IMG/VR virus record: IMGVR_UViG_3300044611_001416
DNA length: 20,000 nucleotides
Strand: one strand, 5' to 3'
Origin: an uncultured virus (IMG/VR IMGVR_UViG_3300044611_001416)
Taxonomy: Duplodnaviria; Heunggongvirae; Uroviricota; Caudoviricetes
Below are positions 1-9,163 of the stretch, in pieces. Below the pieces are notes generated by a model that worked only from the letters and a program-made list of their open reading frames with translations, had not been told where the DNA came from and ran no database searches. How positions within the stretch are numbered: the stretch's first letter is position 1; every line of letters begins with the position of its first letter. Made by a program: the position numbers and the translations under genes.

Positions 1-623
1 TCATTATTAAAGATAAAACGACCTTGAGAACCTTCATTAATTTCCCATCCACCCATGTGTTTTTCTAATTGTTCGTAAATGAAATTAACAATTTTAACGT
101 CTAAATTTATCCGGCCTTCAAAATCTCCGTATGCAAAGTCATTACAGTCACCACTATCACCACCACCACTAAAATCAACATAACCTTCAGAAACATTTTT
201 TTCGTGAAGTTGGTCAAATAAATTCACAATTGCTTCATACAATTCATCACTATAATCTTCTTTAATTTCTTCTAATGTGGTTTCTGATTGAGATTCTAAT
301 GTTGTGTATTGCATTTCCCATACGTTTAAAAATAATATACGTTCTTTACAATCAATATTAATTCTAATTGTGCCTCTATACTCACAATCTGACATTACTT
401 TGTAGACCTCATTTTTGTCTAAAATATGTTCTAAAGTGTCAGATATTGCTTCATATAATTCTATTGTTGTTCCGTCGTCACTGTACGCACTGTCGTCCAT
501 GTAATCAAGGTGGCATTCTTCAGTATAAACGGTAATGTTAACCTCACTACTTCCATATGACATGCAATAATATGAAAATAGTTTAAGGGTTTTTAATTGT
601 TCTTCAGTTACTTGAGGTGTCAT
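1..623 (-). CDS. Hypothetical protein with DUF6878-like C-terminal domain (partial, runs off the left edge)
   Basis: Not in the ORF track. ATG at 623 gives MTPQVTEEQLKTLKLFSYYC...VDFSGGGDSGD...LEKHMGGWEINEGSQGRFIFNN, open to position 1. The F-S-G-x-G-D-S-G and W-E-I-N-E-G-x-x-G motifs match my recollection of DUF6878. TATTTAT lies upstream (637-643, minus). Confidence 0.8.
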   Translation of the reverse strand, partial: MTPQVTEEQLKTLKLFSYYCMSYGSSEVNITVYTEECHLDYMDDSAYSDDGTTIELYEAISDTLEHILDKNEVYKVMSDCEYRGTIRINIDCKERILFLNVWEMQYTTLESQSETTLEEIKEDYSDELYEAIVNLFDQLHEKNVSEGYVDFSGGGDSGDCNDFAYGDFEGRINLDVKIVNFIYEQLEKHMGGWEINEGSQGRFIFNN

Positions 624-645
624 ATTGTTTTTAACTATAAATACT

Positions 646-993
646 TTAATCTATGTTAATATCTAAAGTTCTCATCATCCACATAGGTCTTTCTTTAGAT
701 TCTAAAGCCATTATCCATTCTTTAGCACAAGGTAAATGGTTATAACAATCTTCTCTAACATGTTGTTCACCAACATAACGAGTGTAAACAATCTTATCAT
801 CACTATTTACAAATGACATACCAAAAACCTTTTCCATTTCAAAAATACCCTCACTATGATGTCTAAACATTCTGTGATTAGAATGTCCATACCAAGCCTT
901 GGTCTCGTCAAACCAATTGTGTATGTTTATGTATTCTTCCCAAGTTCCACCAAATTTTTTGGCCGATGATTTTGCGTGAATAATAGGGTGCAT
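646..993 (-). CDS. DUF6915-like His-rich protein
   Basis: MHPIIHAKSS..KFGG, IHNWFDETK, HRMFRHHSEG and GEQHVRED match the DUF6915 pattern as recalled. Confidence 0.75.
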   Translation of the reverse strand: MHPIIHAKSSAKKFGGTWEEYINIHNWFDETKAWYGHSNHRMFRHHSEGIFEMEKVFGMSFVNSDDKIVYTRYVGEQHVREDCYNHLPCAKEWIMALESKERPMWMMRTLDINID

Positions 994-1071
994 AATGTTT
1001 TTAATGTAAATATAAGTATTTTGTTCACATGATAAATAAAAAATATTTCTTAACCCAATATATTTATTAAT

Positions 1072-1509
1072 ATGGAAAATACATCATTCGGTAATGATTA
1101 CCAATTTGGACATTGTCATTACTTTGCAAAATATCTAATAAAAGTATTCCAAGAGTTACTTCCTAATGAGGAAATTAATTACCATTTAATATTAGCTGAA
1201 AGACTTGATGATGATAATGAAAATATTGACGATGTGTTAGTCCATGTTTATCTTAAAGTAGGTGACTATCTAATTGATTCTGAAGGTGTACATTCTATTG
1301 ATATTGCTTCAGAAAGAGAAAAAGAATGGGCCGACAGAGAAATGGATTTAACCCCTGATGGGTATGACTTCTCAACTTGGGAAGAAAGTAGAGATGAGAT
1401 TCCTGAAATGTTCTTCAATAGATTCTGTTCAACCAAAAAATTAAAACAAGATGTAATTGATTTTGTTAAAAGACAAGATGTTCAAGAAGTTATTCAAAAA
1501 TTAAAATAA
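1072..1509 (+). CDS. Hypothetical protein, possible Cys-His-Asp (papain/transglutaminase-like) fold
   Basis: 145-aa ORF with GHCHYFA ... VHVYLKVGDYLIDSEG. TATTTAT lies 4 nt before the ATG. Confidence 0.55.
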   Translation: MENTSFGNDYQFGHCHYFAKYLIKVFQELLPNEEINYHLILAERLDDDNENIDDVLVHVYLKVGDYLIDSEGVHSIDIASEREKEWADREMDLTPDGYDFSTWEESRDEIPEMFFNRFCSTKKLKQDVIDFVKRQDVQEVIQKLK

Positions 1510-1521
1510 ATTTACTACATT

Positions 1522-2091
1522 ATGAAACTTAAAATAACAGAACAACAATTACACAGTATCAACGAATTCCTTGCCGAAAAGAAAGCTTTCTTTAAATATT
1601 GGGATAGATTTGGTGGTAAAATTGATGATAACTTTTATAAGTTATTTGGTTTTGACGGTACTCGATTACCTGAGTTAATTGTTGGTAAAACTAAAATTAG
1701 GTATTACGATGTTTTAGGTTTTTTAAGAGAGTGGTTAGGTGAGTCTAAATCAATTGAAATGACTGAAGAATTGTTAAAAGGCACCCACCATGTTGTTGGG
1801 CCTATTTATGGTGGTTATGATTACAAATTTACTGTATCTGAAGTACAAGAAAAAAATTCAACCCAATTTACAACTACAGTACTTATTGATGATGTTAATG
1901 GTGAGGTGACTTTATTTCAGAATGAAGAACTTTATAAATTAATTGACGCGAGAAATGAAGAAAATTTTGGATGGGAGATTGAAAATGAAATTCAAGACTG
2001 TACTGATGAATACCTTTCAAAAGAAATAACTAGCCGTACGGGAATTGTAATTGTGTTTAATGATATTGATTTCACAAGTGGTGAAAAATAA
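1522..2091 (+). CDS. Phage hypothetical protein with N-terminal MKLKITEQQL tag
   Basis: 189-aa acidic ORF sharing the N-terminal motif seen in other genes here. Confidence 0.75.
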   Translation: MKLKITEQQLHSINEFLAEKKAFFKYWDRFGGKIDDNFYKLFGFDGTRLPELIVGKTKIRYYDVLGFLREWLGESKSIEMTEELLKGTHHVVGPIYGGYDYKFTVSEVQEKNSTQFTTTVLIDDVNGEVTLFQNEELYKLIDARNEENFGWEIENEIQDCTDEYLSKEITSRTGIVIVFNDIDFTSGEK

Positions 2092-2481
2092 TTATCTTTT
2101 TTGTCTTTGTTCCCAATCTGTTTTACCTGTACTTCCAGGTTTCATTTGACTTAATCTATGTTCCCAATCAAAAATTGAAATACCTTTTCCATCGTAAATA
2201 ATTACTTGATAATCATAACTTTTAAGCGGTAAATGTTCAAAAGGAATTAATTTTGAAACGACATTCATTATTTGATGGTCAATCAACCAAAGAACGTCAA
2301 TGTCATCCTCTACCTCTTCTATGGTTATATCTTCATCTTTCATATAAATTTTATAGATAAGATATGGCTGACGCACCCCATGTATAGACACATCAATATG
2401 GTCAACATTGGGGTACGTCGATAGTATAAGACCTGAATTAACAATCTTGTTTAACGCTTGTATTTCTTGGTCTTGAGTCAT
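2092..2481 (-). CDS. Hypothetical protein
   Basis: 129-aa ORF. Its start overlaps the upstream stop (TAATG at 2481) and its stop abuts the convergent gene. Confidence 0.75.
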   Translation of the reverse strand: MTQDQEIQALNKIVNSGLILSTYPNVDHIDVSIHGVRQPYLIYKIYMKDEDITIEEVEDDIDVLWLIDHQIMNVVSKLIPFEHLPLKSYDYQVIIYDGKGISIFDWEHRLSQMKPGSTGKTDWEQRQKR

Positions 2482-3077
2482 TATTTAATATCGTTACTTC
2501 CGATTAAAGTATAACTGAATGAGTTACCATGGATGTTTTTAGACTTTCTACAGATTGACATGAATTCCTCAAAATCCGCAGCTTTCTTAAATACTTGACA
2601 ACCTTCAGACCAATTCTCTACGTAAGTTGAGTCAGCACCCGCTTTATGAATATTAATACCGTAAACACCTTCAGTTATTTTTGTTTCATCATATTTCATA
2701 TCACGATTTGCATCACGATAAACCTTAACATTCTTTGCTTGACCTAACGCTTCATATTTACCTTGGTGTAATCTAATAGTGTGGGAACCACGATATTGGC
2801 CCTCAACTAAACGAGCAACACCCGCAGCGTTATGATATTCCATAACACCTTTTTTACCTGGGTCAGTAGTTGCTGGCCAAATATGGAATTTCCATTCACC
2901 ATTTTCTTTGTATGATAATGTAATATAATCATCAAATACATTGGTAACTTTATCACCTGTAGAATCATTTCTAACTCCCACAATGTTCACATCAAAACCT
3001 TTGTTGTTTGCATCCTCAAACCATACGTGACCTTTACTTTTAACCGCCGATTCAATTTGCTCTCTTTTGTAAGACAT
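2481..3077 (-). CDS. Putative L,D-transpeptidase/YkuD-like peptidoglycan enzyme
   Basis: GINIHKAGADSTYVENWSEGCQV fits the His...S-x-G-C catalytic pattern. It also has NIVGVR, FDD, TTDPG and VYRD motifs recalled from Bacteroidota proteins. Confidence 0.6.
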   Translation of the reverse strand: MSYKREQIESAVKSKGHVWFEDANNKGFDVNIVGVRNDSTGDKVTNVFDDYITLSYKENGEWKFHIWPATTDPGKKGVMEYHNAAGVARLVEGQYRGSHTIRLHQGKYEALGQAKNVKVYRDANRDMKYDETKITEGVYGINIHKAGADSTYVENWSEGCQVFKKAADFEEFMSICRKSKNIHGNSFSYTLIGSNDIK

Positions 3078-3188
3078 AATTTAATTTTTAATTGTTTATT
3101 TATTAAATAAATATGAGGTTAACATTTAATCTGCGGTTTTGAAGTTAAATAATAATATAAACTATTATGGGATATATTTATATTATAG

Positions 3189-3923
3189 ATGAAAAAAAAT
3201 TTGTATATCTCTGAGGTTGAGAAGGTGGTAAAACAAATATTACCTAAATTTATTGATAGGTTTAAATCTCAACACAATTTTGAATTACCTAAATTTGTGA
3301 TTGACATTAGTGGGTACCCAAACAATATGTGGAATCGGAGAGGTGAGTATGAACCTATTAGTTTTAATACAATAGTTGCTAAAGTCAAAGTTGATGTTAA
3401 AGATGGTCGTTTAGGTAGATTAAAGAAACTATTAAAAATTGTAATAGAACAATCTCTTAGTAGTTTAGGGTATAATTACGGTGAGGTTTATATTGAGTTT
3501 GATAAAGAGTCAATCCAAGAACAAACAAACTCGGTTGATAGATTTAAAAGTATTATAACTAAGTTGATTAGCGATAAACCTACACATCAAGGGTCATACA
3601 CAATGCCTTATACTGATAATGATGATATGGTTGATTGGCACGTTGAGTACGTGGTGAAAAATGTTGAATTATGGAAACCAAATGAACGTGAACTTAGTTT
3701 ATGTGAACAAGATACTTTATATACTGGTACTGTATATATTAACGTAAATAGAATCTTAGTTGGGTTTGAAGAAACTGACGAATGGGAAAGAGGTCATGGT
3801 GAAGATGATTTACCTAGTTGGTGTTGGGACGATGTTCAAGAAAATGTTATGAATACTATTGAACAAATGTTACCGCAAATATGTATTGATGTAGATTTAA
3901 GTTTTAAAGTTAATTATGAGTAA
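3189..3923 (+). CDS. Phage hypothetical protein (two apparent modules)
   Basis: 244-aa ORF with TATTTAT at 3175-3181 and an internal ESIQE/Q junction. Confidence 0.75.
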   Translation: MKKNLYISEVEKVVKQILPKFIDRFKSQHNFELPKFVIDISGYPNNMWNRRGEYEPISFNTIVAKVKVDVKDGRLGRLKKLLKIVIEQSLSSLGYNYGEVYIEFDKESIQEQTNSVDRFKSIITKLISDKPTHQGSYTMPYTDNDDMVDWHVEYVVKNVELWKPNERELSLCEQDTLYTGTVYINVNRILVGFEETDEWERGHGEDDLPSWCWDDVQENVMNTIEQMLPQICIDVDLSFKVNYE

Positions 3924-4410
3924 AGAAAAAAAAATATACGAATTAATAGAAAATCTTGGGTTAACTAACGCATCTAATATATTGGGGTTACCAAAATATG
4001 AATTAGTTAGGATTGCAAATTACCCTATTAATTATGAAACCGCAAATATGTTACTTTTTGATTTGAATAGAGATAATTTATTACCTACTGTTTATAAAGA
4101 TTGTGAGATAAGTGTTAGTAATTGGGATGGTATATTTTATTGGGAGTATAAAGGACCTGACGATGAAAAAATGTTAACCATGGCGACACCATTTTGGGAT
4201 GGTAATAACATCACACCCGTTGAATCAATAGAATATAAAATCAACGGGTTTACAATTGATGAGGGTTTTTATATCGAATTAAAAAGCCAAATAGAATTTG
4301 ATGGTATTGAAGATTTATTAACTTGGTATAAACACTTTTATTTGCCAAAAGTTTATAATCTGATATTAAGTAATTTAGAAAGATTTAGAGATAATGCAAC
4401 GTTCTATTAG
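3916..4410 (+). CDS. Hypothetical protein
   Basis: 164-aa ORF overlapping the upstream gene by 8 nt. Confidence 0.75.
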   Translation: MSKEKKIYELIENLGLTNASNILGLPKYELVRIANYPINYETANMLLFDLNRDNLLPTVYKDCEISVSNWDGIFYWEYKGPDDEKMLTMATPFWDGNNITPVESIEYKINGFTIDEGFYIELKSQIEFDGIEDLLTWYKHFYLPKVYNLILSNLERFRDNATFY

Positions 4411-5265
4411 TTAAACATAAAGACCTATAACCCTTAATGCACCTGAAAGATTTTGTAATTCAATCATTGGTTTTAAATCTACAGTAATAAATACTGTTGT
4501 ATTATCTTCCAAATCAAGAAGACCATGGTCATCAGACTCATCAACCCATTCTTTATTAAAGAATACTAATGATTGAGAGTTATCTATTAATTTAAGATAG
4601 GTTTCGTTATTAATTACTTTAGGTTGTTCCATAGTTTCAAACAAATCTCTAAATTTACTATTCCAAGATAATACAAAGAAATATTCTAATTTAAGTGAAT
4701 CGTTAGTCGCAATATCACCATTACCATCACAATTATAACAATCAACACTACCAGTGGAATCACATGAGTTACATTCAATATCCCCATCACCACCACATTC
4801 ATCACAATACACTTGTCCGCCACCTTGACACTTACCACAATCTTTACCTTCCGAATCTTCATCTTCACCTGAACCCTCACAATCAATACACGTAACTTCA
4901 CCTGAACCATCGCACAAATCGCATCTTAAATACGAATCTCCCATACAATCTTCACAACCATTTTGGCCAGCACCGTCACAGGAAGGACACTCAACATTTG
5001 GGTCATGTTCTAATATAGTTGCAATTGATACCCCAAATAAATTGGATTTCATAATATCATAAGCAACGTTAATATCTCTACCTTTTTTTTCTTGAGGTAT
5101 AAGAAAACACATATATGCTAAATCTTCACCAGATATCCTATCACCAAATAATTCTGTAATAAACTTATTTTCTCTTAATGTACCTAATACATTACCAGGA
5201 TGTAAACCATTTTTATATTGTATTGATAATTTTTTAACTAATGACAGTAATTGTTCTTTTTTCAT
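4411..5265 (-). CDS. DnaJ-type zinc-finger (CxxCxGxG repeat) protein without a J-domain
   Basis: Eight repeats: CPSCDGAG, CEDCMGDS, CDLCDGSG, CIDCEGSG, CGKCQGGG, CDECGGDG, CNSCDSTG, CYNCDGNG. No HPD motif. Confidence 0.8.
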   Translation of the reverse strand: MKKEQLLSLVKKLSIQYKNGLHPGNVLGTLRENKFITELFGDRISGEDLAYMCFLIPQEKKGRDINVAYDIMKSNLFGVSIATILEHDPNVECPSCDGAGQNGCEDCMGDSYLRCDLCDGSGEVTCIDCEGSGEDEDSEGKDCGKCQGGGQVYCDECGGDGDIECNSCDSTGSVDCYNCDGNGDIATNDSLKLEYFFVLSWNSKFRDLFETMEQPKVINNETYLKLIDNSQSLVFFNKEWVDESDDHGLLDLEDNTTVFITVDLKPMIELQNLSGALRVIGLYV

Positions 5266-5266
5266 T

Positions 5267-5755
5267 TTAACTAATTTTTCTTACTGAACTATAGTCATAA
5301 CTAACATCTGTTGTTTCACCATCGTAATAGTCTTCATCAATCATATCACCATCGTAATAATCAAATACCCCTTCGCCTTCAGCCATTCTACTTGTTGGAA
5401 TAACTAAGTTTGCATCATAAGAACTCATTTCATGGCGATATGTTCTTGTAACATGCTCCGTTCTATCTTCAGAAATTTCAAACTTATAGACACCAACTGA
5501 CGGTCTTTTAATTTCACCATTTGGTTTTTGTGTTGAAAAATCATAATTTGTATTTAGGTGTAATGTTGCGACAATATAATTTTCGTCAATTGGAAAATTT
5601 AAATCCAACCCAACAATTTTTGCTGCGTGGTCACAATTATTTGATAAACCATAATCTTCCATATCAGGCGTTGAATCATTAGATTTTGATATAAAACTTT
5701 TAAGTAAGTAAAATAATTGTTTATTACCAATGTTTTCTAATTTTGACTTTTCCAT
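5267..5755 (-). CDS. Hypothetical acidic protein
   Basis: 162-aa ORF with TATTTAT 5 nt upstream (5761-5767, minus). Confidence 0.75.
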   Translation of the reverse strand: MEKSKLENIGNKQLFYLLKSFISKSNDSTPDMEDYGLSNNCDHAAKIVGLDLNFPIDENYIVATLHLNTNYDFSTQKPNGEIKRPSVGVYKFEISEDRTEHVTRTYRHEMSSYDANLVIPTSRMAEGEGVFDYYDGDMIDEDYYDGETTDVSYDYSSVRKIS

Positions 5756-5783
5756 ATTTTATAAATATAATAATATAATAAAA

Positions 5784-6176
5784 TTAATTTTCAGCAATAC
5801 TAACCGCATTTAAATCATAACGTTTGTTTAACCACTCAAGAACTAATTGAGGTGCATATAAATCACCAAACAAATCAACTATTTTTTGGTAGAGATAAGT
5901 ATCTATCTCAATTAAAGGGTATGTTGATAACACATAAGGGGTCGTAATGTTATGATATTCTTCATAATCTTCTGAGGTTCCAAAATAGGTAAATACAAAT
6001 TCATAGTCAGAATCCATATCCATATCCTCACCATCGTTAGGGTATTCGTAAAAAAACTCTCTAACACTATTACCATAACCTGTTCTATGCTCATTAGCAT
6101 ATTTTAATTCATCCTGTGAATCCAAGTACTTGAACAGTAGTTTTTTAAATTTATCCTTATTTATTTTAATGTCCAT
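5784..6176 (-). CDS. Hypothetical protein, expanded paralog family member
   Basis: 130 aa. Begins MDIKINKDKFKKLLFKYLD and ends LFG...LEWLNKRYDLNAVSI, resembling the genes at 16596-17676. Confidence 0.75.
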   Translation of the reverse strand: MDIKINKDKFKKLLFKYLDSQDELKYANEHRTGYGNSVREFFYEYPNDGEDMDMDSDYEFVFTYFGTSEDYEEYHNITTPYVLSTYPLIEIDTYLYQKIVDLFGDLYAPQLVLEWLNKRYDLNAVSIAEN

Positions 6177-6221
6177 ATTGTTAAATACTTTTAAACTGTT
6201 GTTTTACCCCAATAATTTTTA

Positions 6222-6229
6222 TATATTTG
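6222..6229 (+). promoter_or_regulatory. Bacteroidota sigma70-type -7 element (TATATTTG)
   Basis: TAnnTTTG consensus with TTG at 6199-6201, upstream of the gene at 6281. Confidence 0.6.
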
Positions 6230-6280
6230 TAATATAAAAATAGAATAAAAAAACACATTATTTAAACAATATAAAAAAAT

Positions 6281-6502
6281 ATGCAAACACTCACATTCAA
6301 CACAACATTTAAAAAAGTAGTTTTATTATCAGGTTCAAGAGAAGATTCAAAAGTTTTAGAAACATTTGACAATGTTTCAACTGTAAAATGTTCTGAATTA
6401 GGATTTTACGAAATTATGCAGAAATTAGAAACTGATTCGATTTCGGCAATTCCTGTGATGAGACTACCTATTACAAGCACAAATATGATTATTATTAAGT
6501 AA
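6281..6502 (+). CDS. Hypothetical protein
   Basis: 73-aa ORF with an A-rich leader downstream of a host-type promoter. Confidence 0.7.
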   Translation: MQTLTFNTTFKKVVLLSGSREDSKVLETFDNVSTVKCSELGFYEIMQKLETDSISAIPVMRLPITSTNMIIIK

Positions 6503-6514
6503 AAAACTAAAAAT

Positions 6515-6733
6515 ATGACTGAAGAAGAATTTGAAAATTGGAAATCGGTTGATTACCGAATGAGAGAAGAAGGAATTGATTATTGTTTTGAGCATTATAG
6601 TCGATTCGAAGAAATCAAAGATGAAGAATTCCACAAATTAAGATTGGAGTTTTTATCTAGTATGCACAAAATACGTGAATACGTTAAAAACACAATAGAA
6701 AGTTACGAAGAGGAAGACACAAATATGTTGTAA
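6515..6733 (+). CDS. Hypothetical phage protein
   Basis: 72-aa ORF (EEGIDYCFEHYSRFEEIKDEEFH) followed by a hairpin. Confidence 0.7.
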   Translation: MTEEEFENWKSVDYRMREEGIDYCFEHYSRFEEIKDEEFHKLRLEFLSSMHKIREYVKNTIESYEEEDTNML

Positions 6734-6736
6734 TAC

Positions 6737-6774
6737 TTTTGAGAGGGACATCAATATCCCCCTCAAAATTTTTT
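6737..6774. terminator. Probable intrinsic terminator between convergent genes
   Basis: TTTTGAGAGGGA (6737-6748) pairs with TCCCCCTCAAAA (6757-6768) with one mismatch, followed by a T-run. Confidence 0.7.
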
Positions 6775-6797
6775 ATAATGTTTTTTGGGGTAAAGGA

Positions 6798-7175
6798 TTA
6801 CCAAGTTTTACACGCCCAATATCTTGCTTTCCATCTTGGACCTGGTGTCTCACAATGATGACGAGCTCTAAATGATTTTCTTCTTGCTGGGTTATTCTTT
6901 TTTATCACCATTCTTTTTCCTTTAGCGGATTTACCGCCAAATCCAAAGTTTACTTTAACAACATTACCTTTGTCGTTTTTAACGTAAACTTTAGATTTCT
7001 TTACATCACCTTGCATTATCTTACCTAATTGAACTTTACGTCCTTGGTATTCTGCTTCCGTTAATAAGTCAGTAACTTTAAATTCAGTCTCCTCGACTGA
7101 CCCATAAAAACTATCAACCATTTCTTTTAGGTTAAACAGTTTATTGTATTGTGATTCTGTGATTATGAATTTCAT
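6798..7175 (-). CDS. Basic phage protein with N-terminal MKFIITESQY tag
   Basis: C-terminal basic domain AEYQGRKV...VKVNFG...RRKSFRARHHC...ARYWACKTW, which I recall from T4-like and other large-virus hypothetical proteins. Confidence 0.75.
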   Translation of the reverse strand: MKFIITESQYNKLFNLKEMVDSFYGSVEETEFKVTDLLTEAEYQGRKVQLGKIMQGDVKKSKVYVKNDKGNVVKVNFGFGGKSAKGKRMVIKKNNPARRKSFRARHHCETPGPRWKARYWACKTW

Positions 7176-7528
7176 TTTTTTTCGTAGTGTGTCATTGTTG
7201 GTTTATTACCTTTCCCTATTTTAGGGTCTTTCTTTTCAGCTCTTCTCTTTTGTTGAGTCATTGCTTTTTTTTCATCTTTATCGTATGATGAAGCAATCTT
7301 TGGTGTTTCAGATGAAACTTTTTTTGAGGGGCGACATTTTGGATATGATTTTCCGTCGGCATCCTTTCTTCCACAAGGTGGATGTTTTCCGTCAACTTTT
7401 TTACTTACATCAACCCACTTCTCTTTAAACCAGTTTCTTAAATCTTCATTAACATTTTTGTTTTTTTCAGAAGTGGTTAAACCGTTAAGTAGTTTTTTGT
7501 ATTGAGATTCTGTTAAAATAATTTTCAT
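7172..7528 (-). CDS. Basic phage protein with N-terminal MKIILTESQY tag
   Basis: LRNWFKEKWVDV..CGRK..YPKCRPSKKVSSETPK motif. ATGA-coupled to the next gene, with TATTTAT 4 nt upstream. Confidence 0.75.
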   Translation of the reverse strand: MKIILTESQYKKLLNGLTTSEKNKNVNEDLRNWFKEKWVDVSKKVDGKHPPCGRKDADGKSYPKCRPSKKVSSETPKIASSYDKDEKKAMTQQKRRAEKKDPKIGKGNKPTMTHYEKK

Positions 7529-7570
7529 ATTAATAAATATATGAATATTTATAAATCAAACAATATAAGC

Positions 7571-8698
7571 ATGAGTAATCAAAAAGCATCGGAGATTTTA
7601 AATAGATTTAACGATGGTGAGTGGGATGAGTTACAACCATATTTTAATAATATAATAACTTTTTTTAAATTTGTTAAAAAATATGGACTTTTAGAAGAGA
7701 TAGATTTAGGGGAGATTCCTTCTGGTTATTTTAGTAATGAAGTGTTTGATTATTTGGTTGAAAATGGTATAATGTCTAATTTAGATTATGATTCTGTTCC
7801 TGAAGAATTTAAAAACAATTATCTAATACATGGTTTAGAACATAACTACGAAAATACTATTAAGTATATTACAAACGACCTTTTAACCGATGTTAAAATT
7901 AGACCTGATGGGTTCTATCTATATTTAGGTAATGATAGAGATGATTTAGCTTCTTTTTTCTGTGGTTCCTCCCGTCGTGACGTTTCTTCTGAAGATGTTG
8001 CAAAACAAATATTTAGTGAAGATGGTTTAGGTCACGATTGGTATTTTGATGTTGATACAAAACCATCTGATGTTATTGACGATTTAGACGAAAAAAATAC
8101 CACCCATTTAAAAGATGTTATTTTTAAAGAAATTGGAGATAAAGAATTATCTTTAGAAGATTATGATTCTGATTTTTTTGAAAGTTTATCAGAAGAACAG
8201 GGGACTGAAGGTTATTTTAGAATTAGGCCTGAAGACTTAAATGAATTAATTAAAGATTCCGAAGCAATAGATGAACTATGTAAAAATGACTTAAGTGAGT
8301 TAGGTCAAGAATTACAAAGTGTTTATTGGAATGCTTATAATTCTGCATATGAAGATGAAATATATGAATTAGTATATGGTGGTTTAGATGAATACTTTGA
8401 AGGAAAAATTGATGAAGTCCCAAAAGAAACTACCAAATCGGATGGTAAAAAAGTAACCACATACTTAAATTATATTAAAATTAGAGATTTTGTTGGAAAC
8501 ATCACTTTATTTTTAGAAAACAATAAAGGTCAATCATATTCCGATTCATATTTAGACTATTTTGGTAGTTATACTACTTTGATGAAACAACTAATCGACG
8601 ATGGTGATTTTGACTGTATAGATTTTAGAACTCCTGATTATCCAGATTGGTCTGATATTAAAAAAAATATAAACGAAATGTTTGATGAATATATTTAA
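7571..8698 (+). CDS. Large, highly acidic hypothetical protein
   Basis: The ORF track starts at 7541, but TATTTAT at 7546-7552 lies inside that extension, so ATG 7571 (MSNQKASE) is the likelier start. Confidence 0.7.
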   Translation: MSNQKASEILNRFNDGEWDELQPYFNNIITFFKFVKKYGLLEEIDLGEIPSGYFSNEVFDYLVENGIMSNLDYDSVPEEFKNNYLIHGLEHNYENTIKYITNDLLTDVKIRPDGFYLYLGNDRDDLASFFCGSSRRDVSSEDVAKQIFSEDGLGHDWYFDVDTKPSDVIDDLDEKNTTHLKDVIFKEIGDKELSLEDYDSDFFESLSEEQGTEGYFRIRPEDLNELIKDSEAIDELCKNDLSELGQELQSVYWNAYNSAYEDEIYELVYGGLDEYFEGKIDEVPKETTKSDGKKVTTYLNYIKIRDFVGNITLFLENNKGQSYSDSYLDYFGSYTTLMKQLIDDGDFDCIDFRTPDYPDWSDIKKNINEMFDEYI

Positions 8699-8745
8699 TT
8701 GACAATTTAAATTTTAATTACTATTTTTATTTTAAAATTAATAAA

Positions 8746-9123
8746 ATGATTGAAGAAATTAAAATTGAGAAAGATAAAACTCCAAAAACAACTCCTAACA
8801 AACCTATTTTAGATGTTGACCATAAAAATGGTAAAAAAAAATATTATAAACCTAAAAAGAAAAGAGAAATTTTAAATATTGAAATTGGTAAAATTGGGTT
8901 TGATAATTTTCATAAAGTAGTTCATACAGAAAAACCATATTTAGAATACAAAAAACTAATAACAAATAAAAATGTTGGTAGCGACTTTATTGATAATAGT
9001 AAAAAATTTAGTTTTATCAAATCAGGAATTAGAATTGTTGCTTGTATTTGTGGATTATTCGGTGAATTTGAGTTGGCGTTTATTTTATTAGGTGTTGCGG
9101 AGATTTTTGACGTTTACAAATAA
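8746..9123 (+). CDS. Hypothetical protein, basic N-terminus and hydrophobic C-terminus
   Basis: C-terminal SFIKSGIRIVACICGLFGEFELAFILLGVAEIF is membrane-like. TTGACA-N17-TATTTT lies upstream (8699-8727). Confidence 0.65.
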   Translation: MIEEIKIEKDKTPKTTPNKPILDVDHKNGKKKYYKPKKKREILNIEIGKIGFDNFHKVVHTEKPYLEYKKLITNKNVGSDFIDNSKKFSFIKSGIRIVACICGLFGEFELAFILLGVAEIFDVYK

Positions 9124-9151
9124 TTAGTTTAAAAAAGTCAAATTAATTTTG

Positions 9152-9159
9152 TATCTTTG
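9152..9159 (+). promoter_or_regulatory. Bacteroidota -7 element TATCTTTG
   Basis: Exact TAnnTTTG, 4 nt before ATG 9164. Confidence 0.6.
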
Positions 9160-9163
9160 TACT

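Noticed and set aside
4686..4910. 74-aa minus-strand ORF
   Set aside because: Alternate frame inside the zinc-finger gene, with V/M/I-rich composition typical of an off-frame artefact.
4411..5265. Calling this gene dnaJ
   Set aside because: It has no J-domain, HPD motif or G/F region.
5912..6100. 62-aa minus-strand ORF
   Set aside because: Off-frame shadow of 5784-6176.
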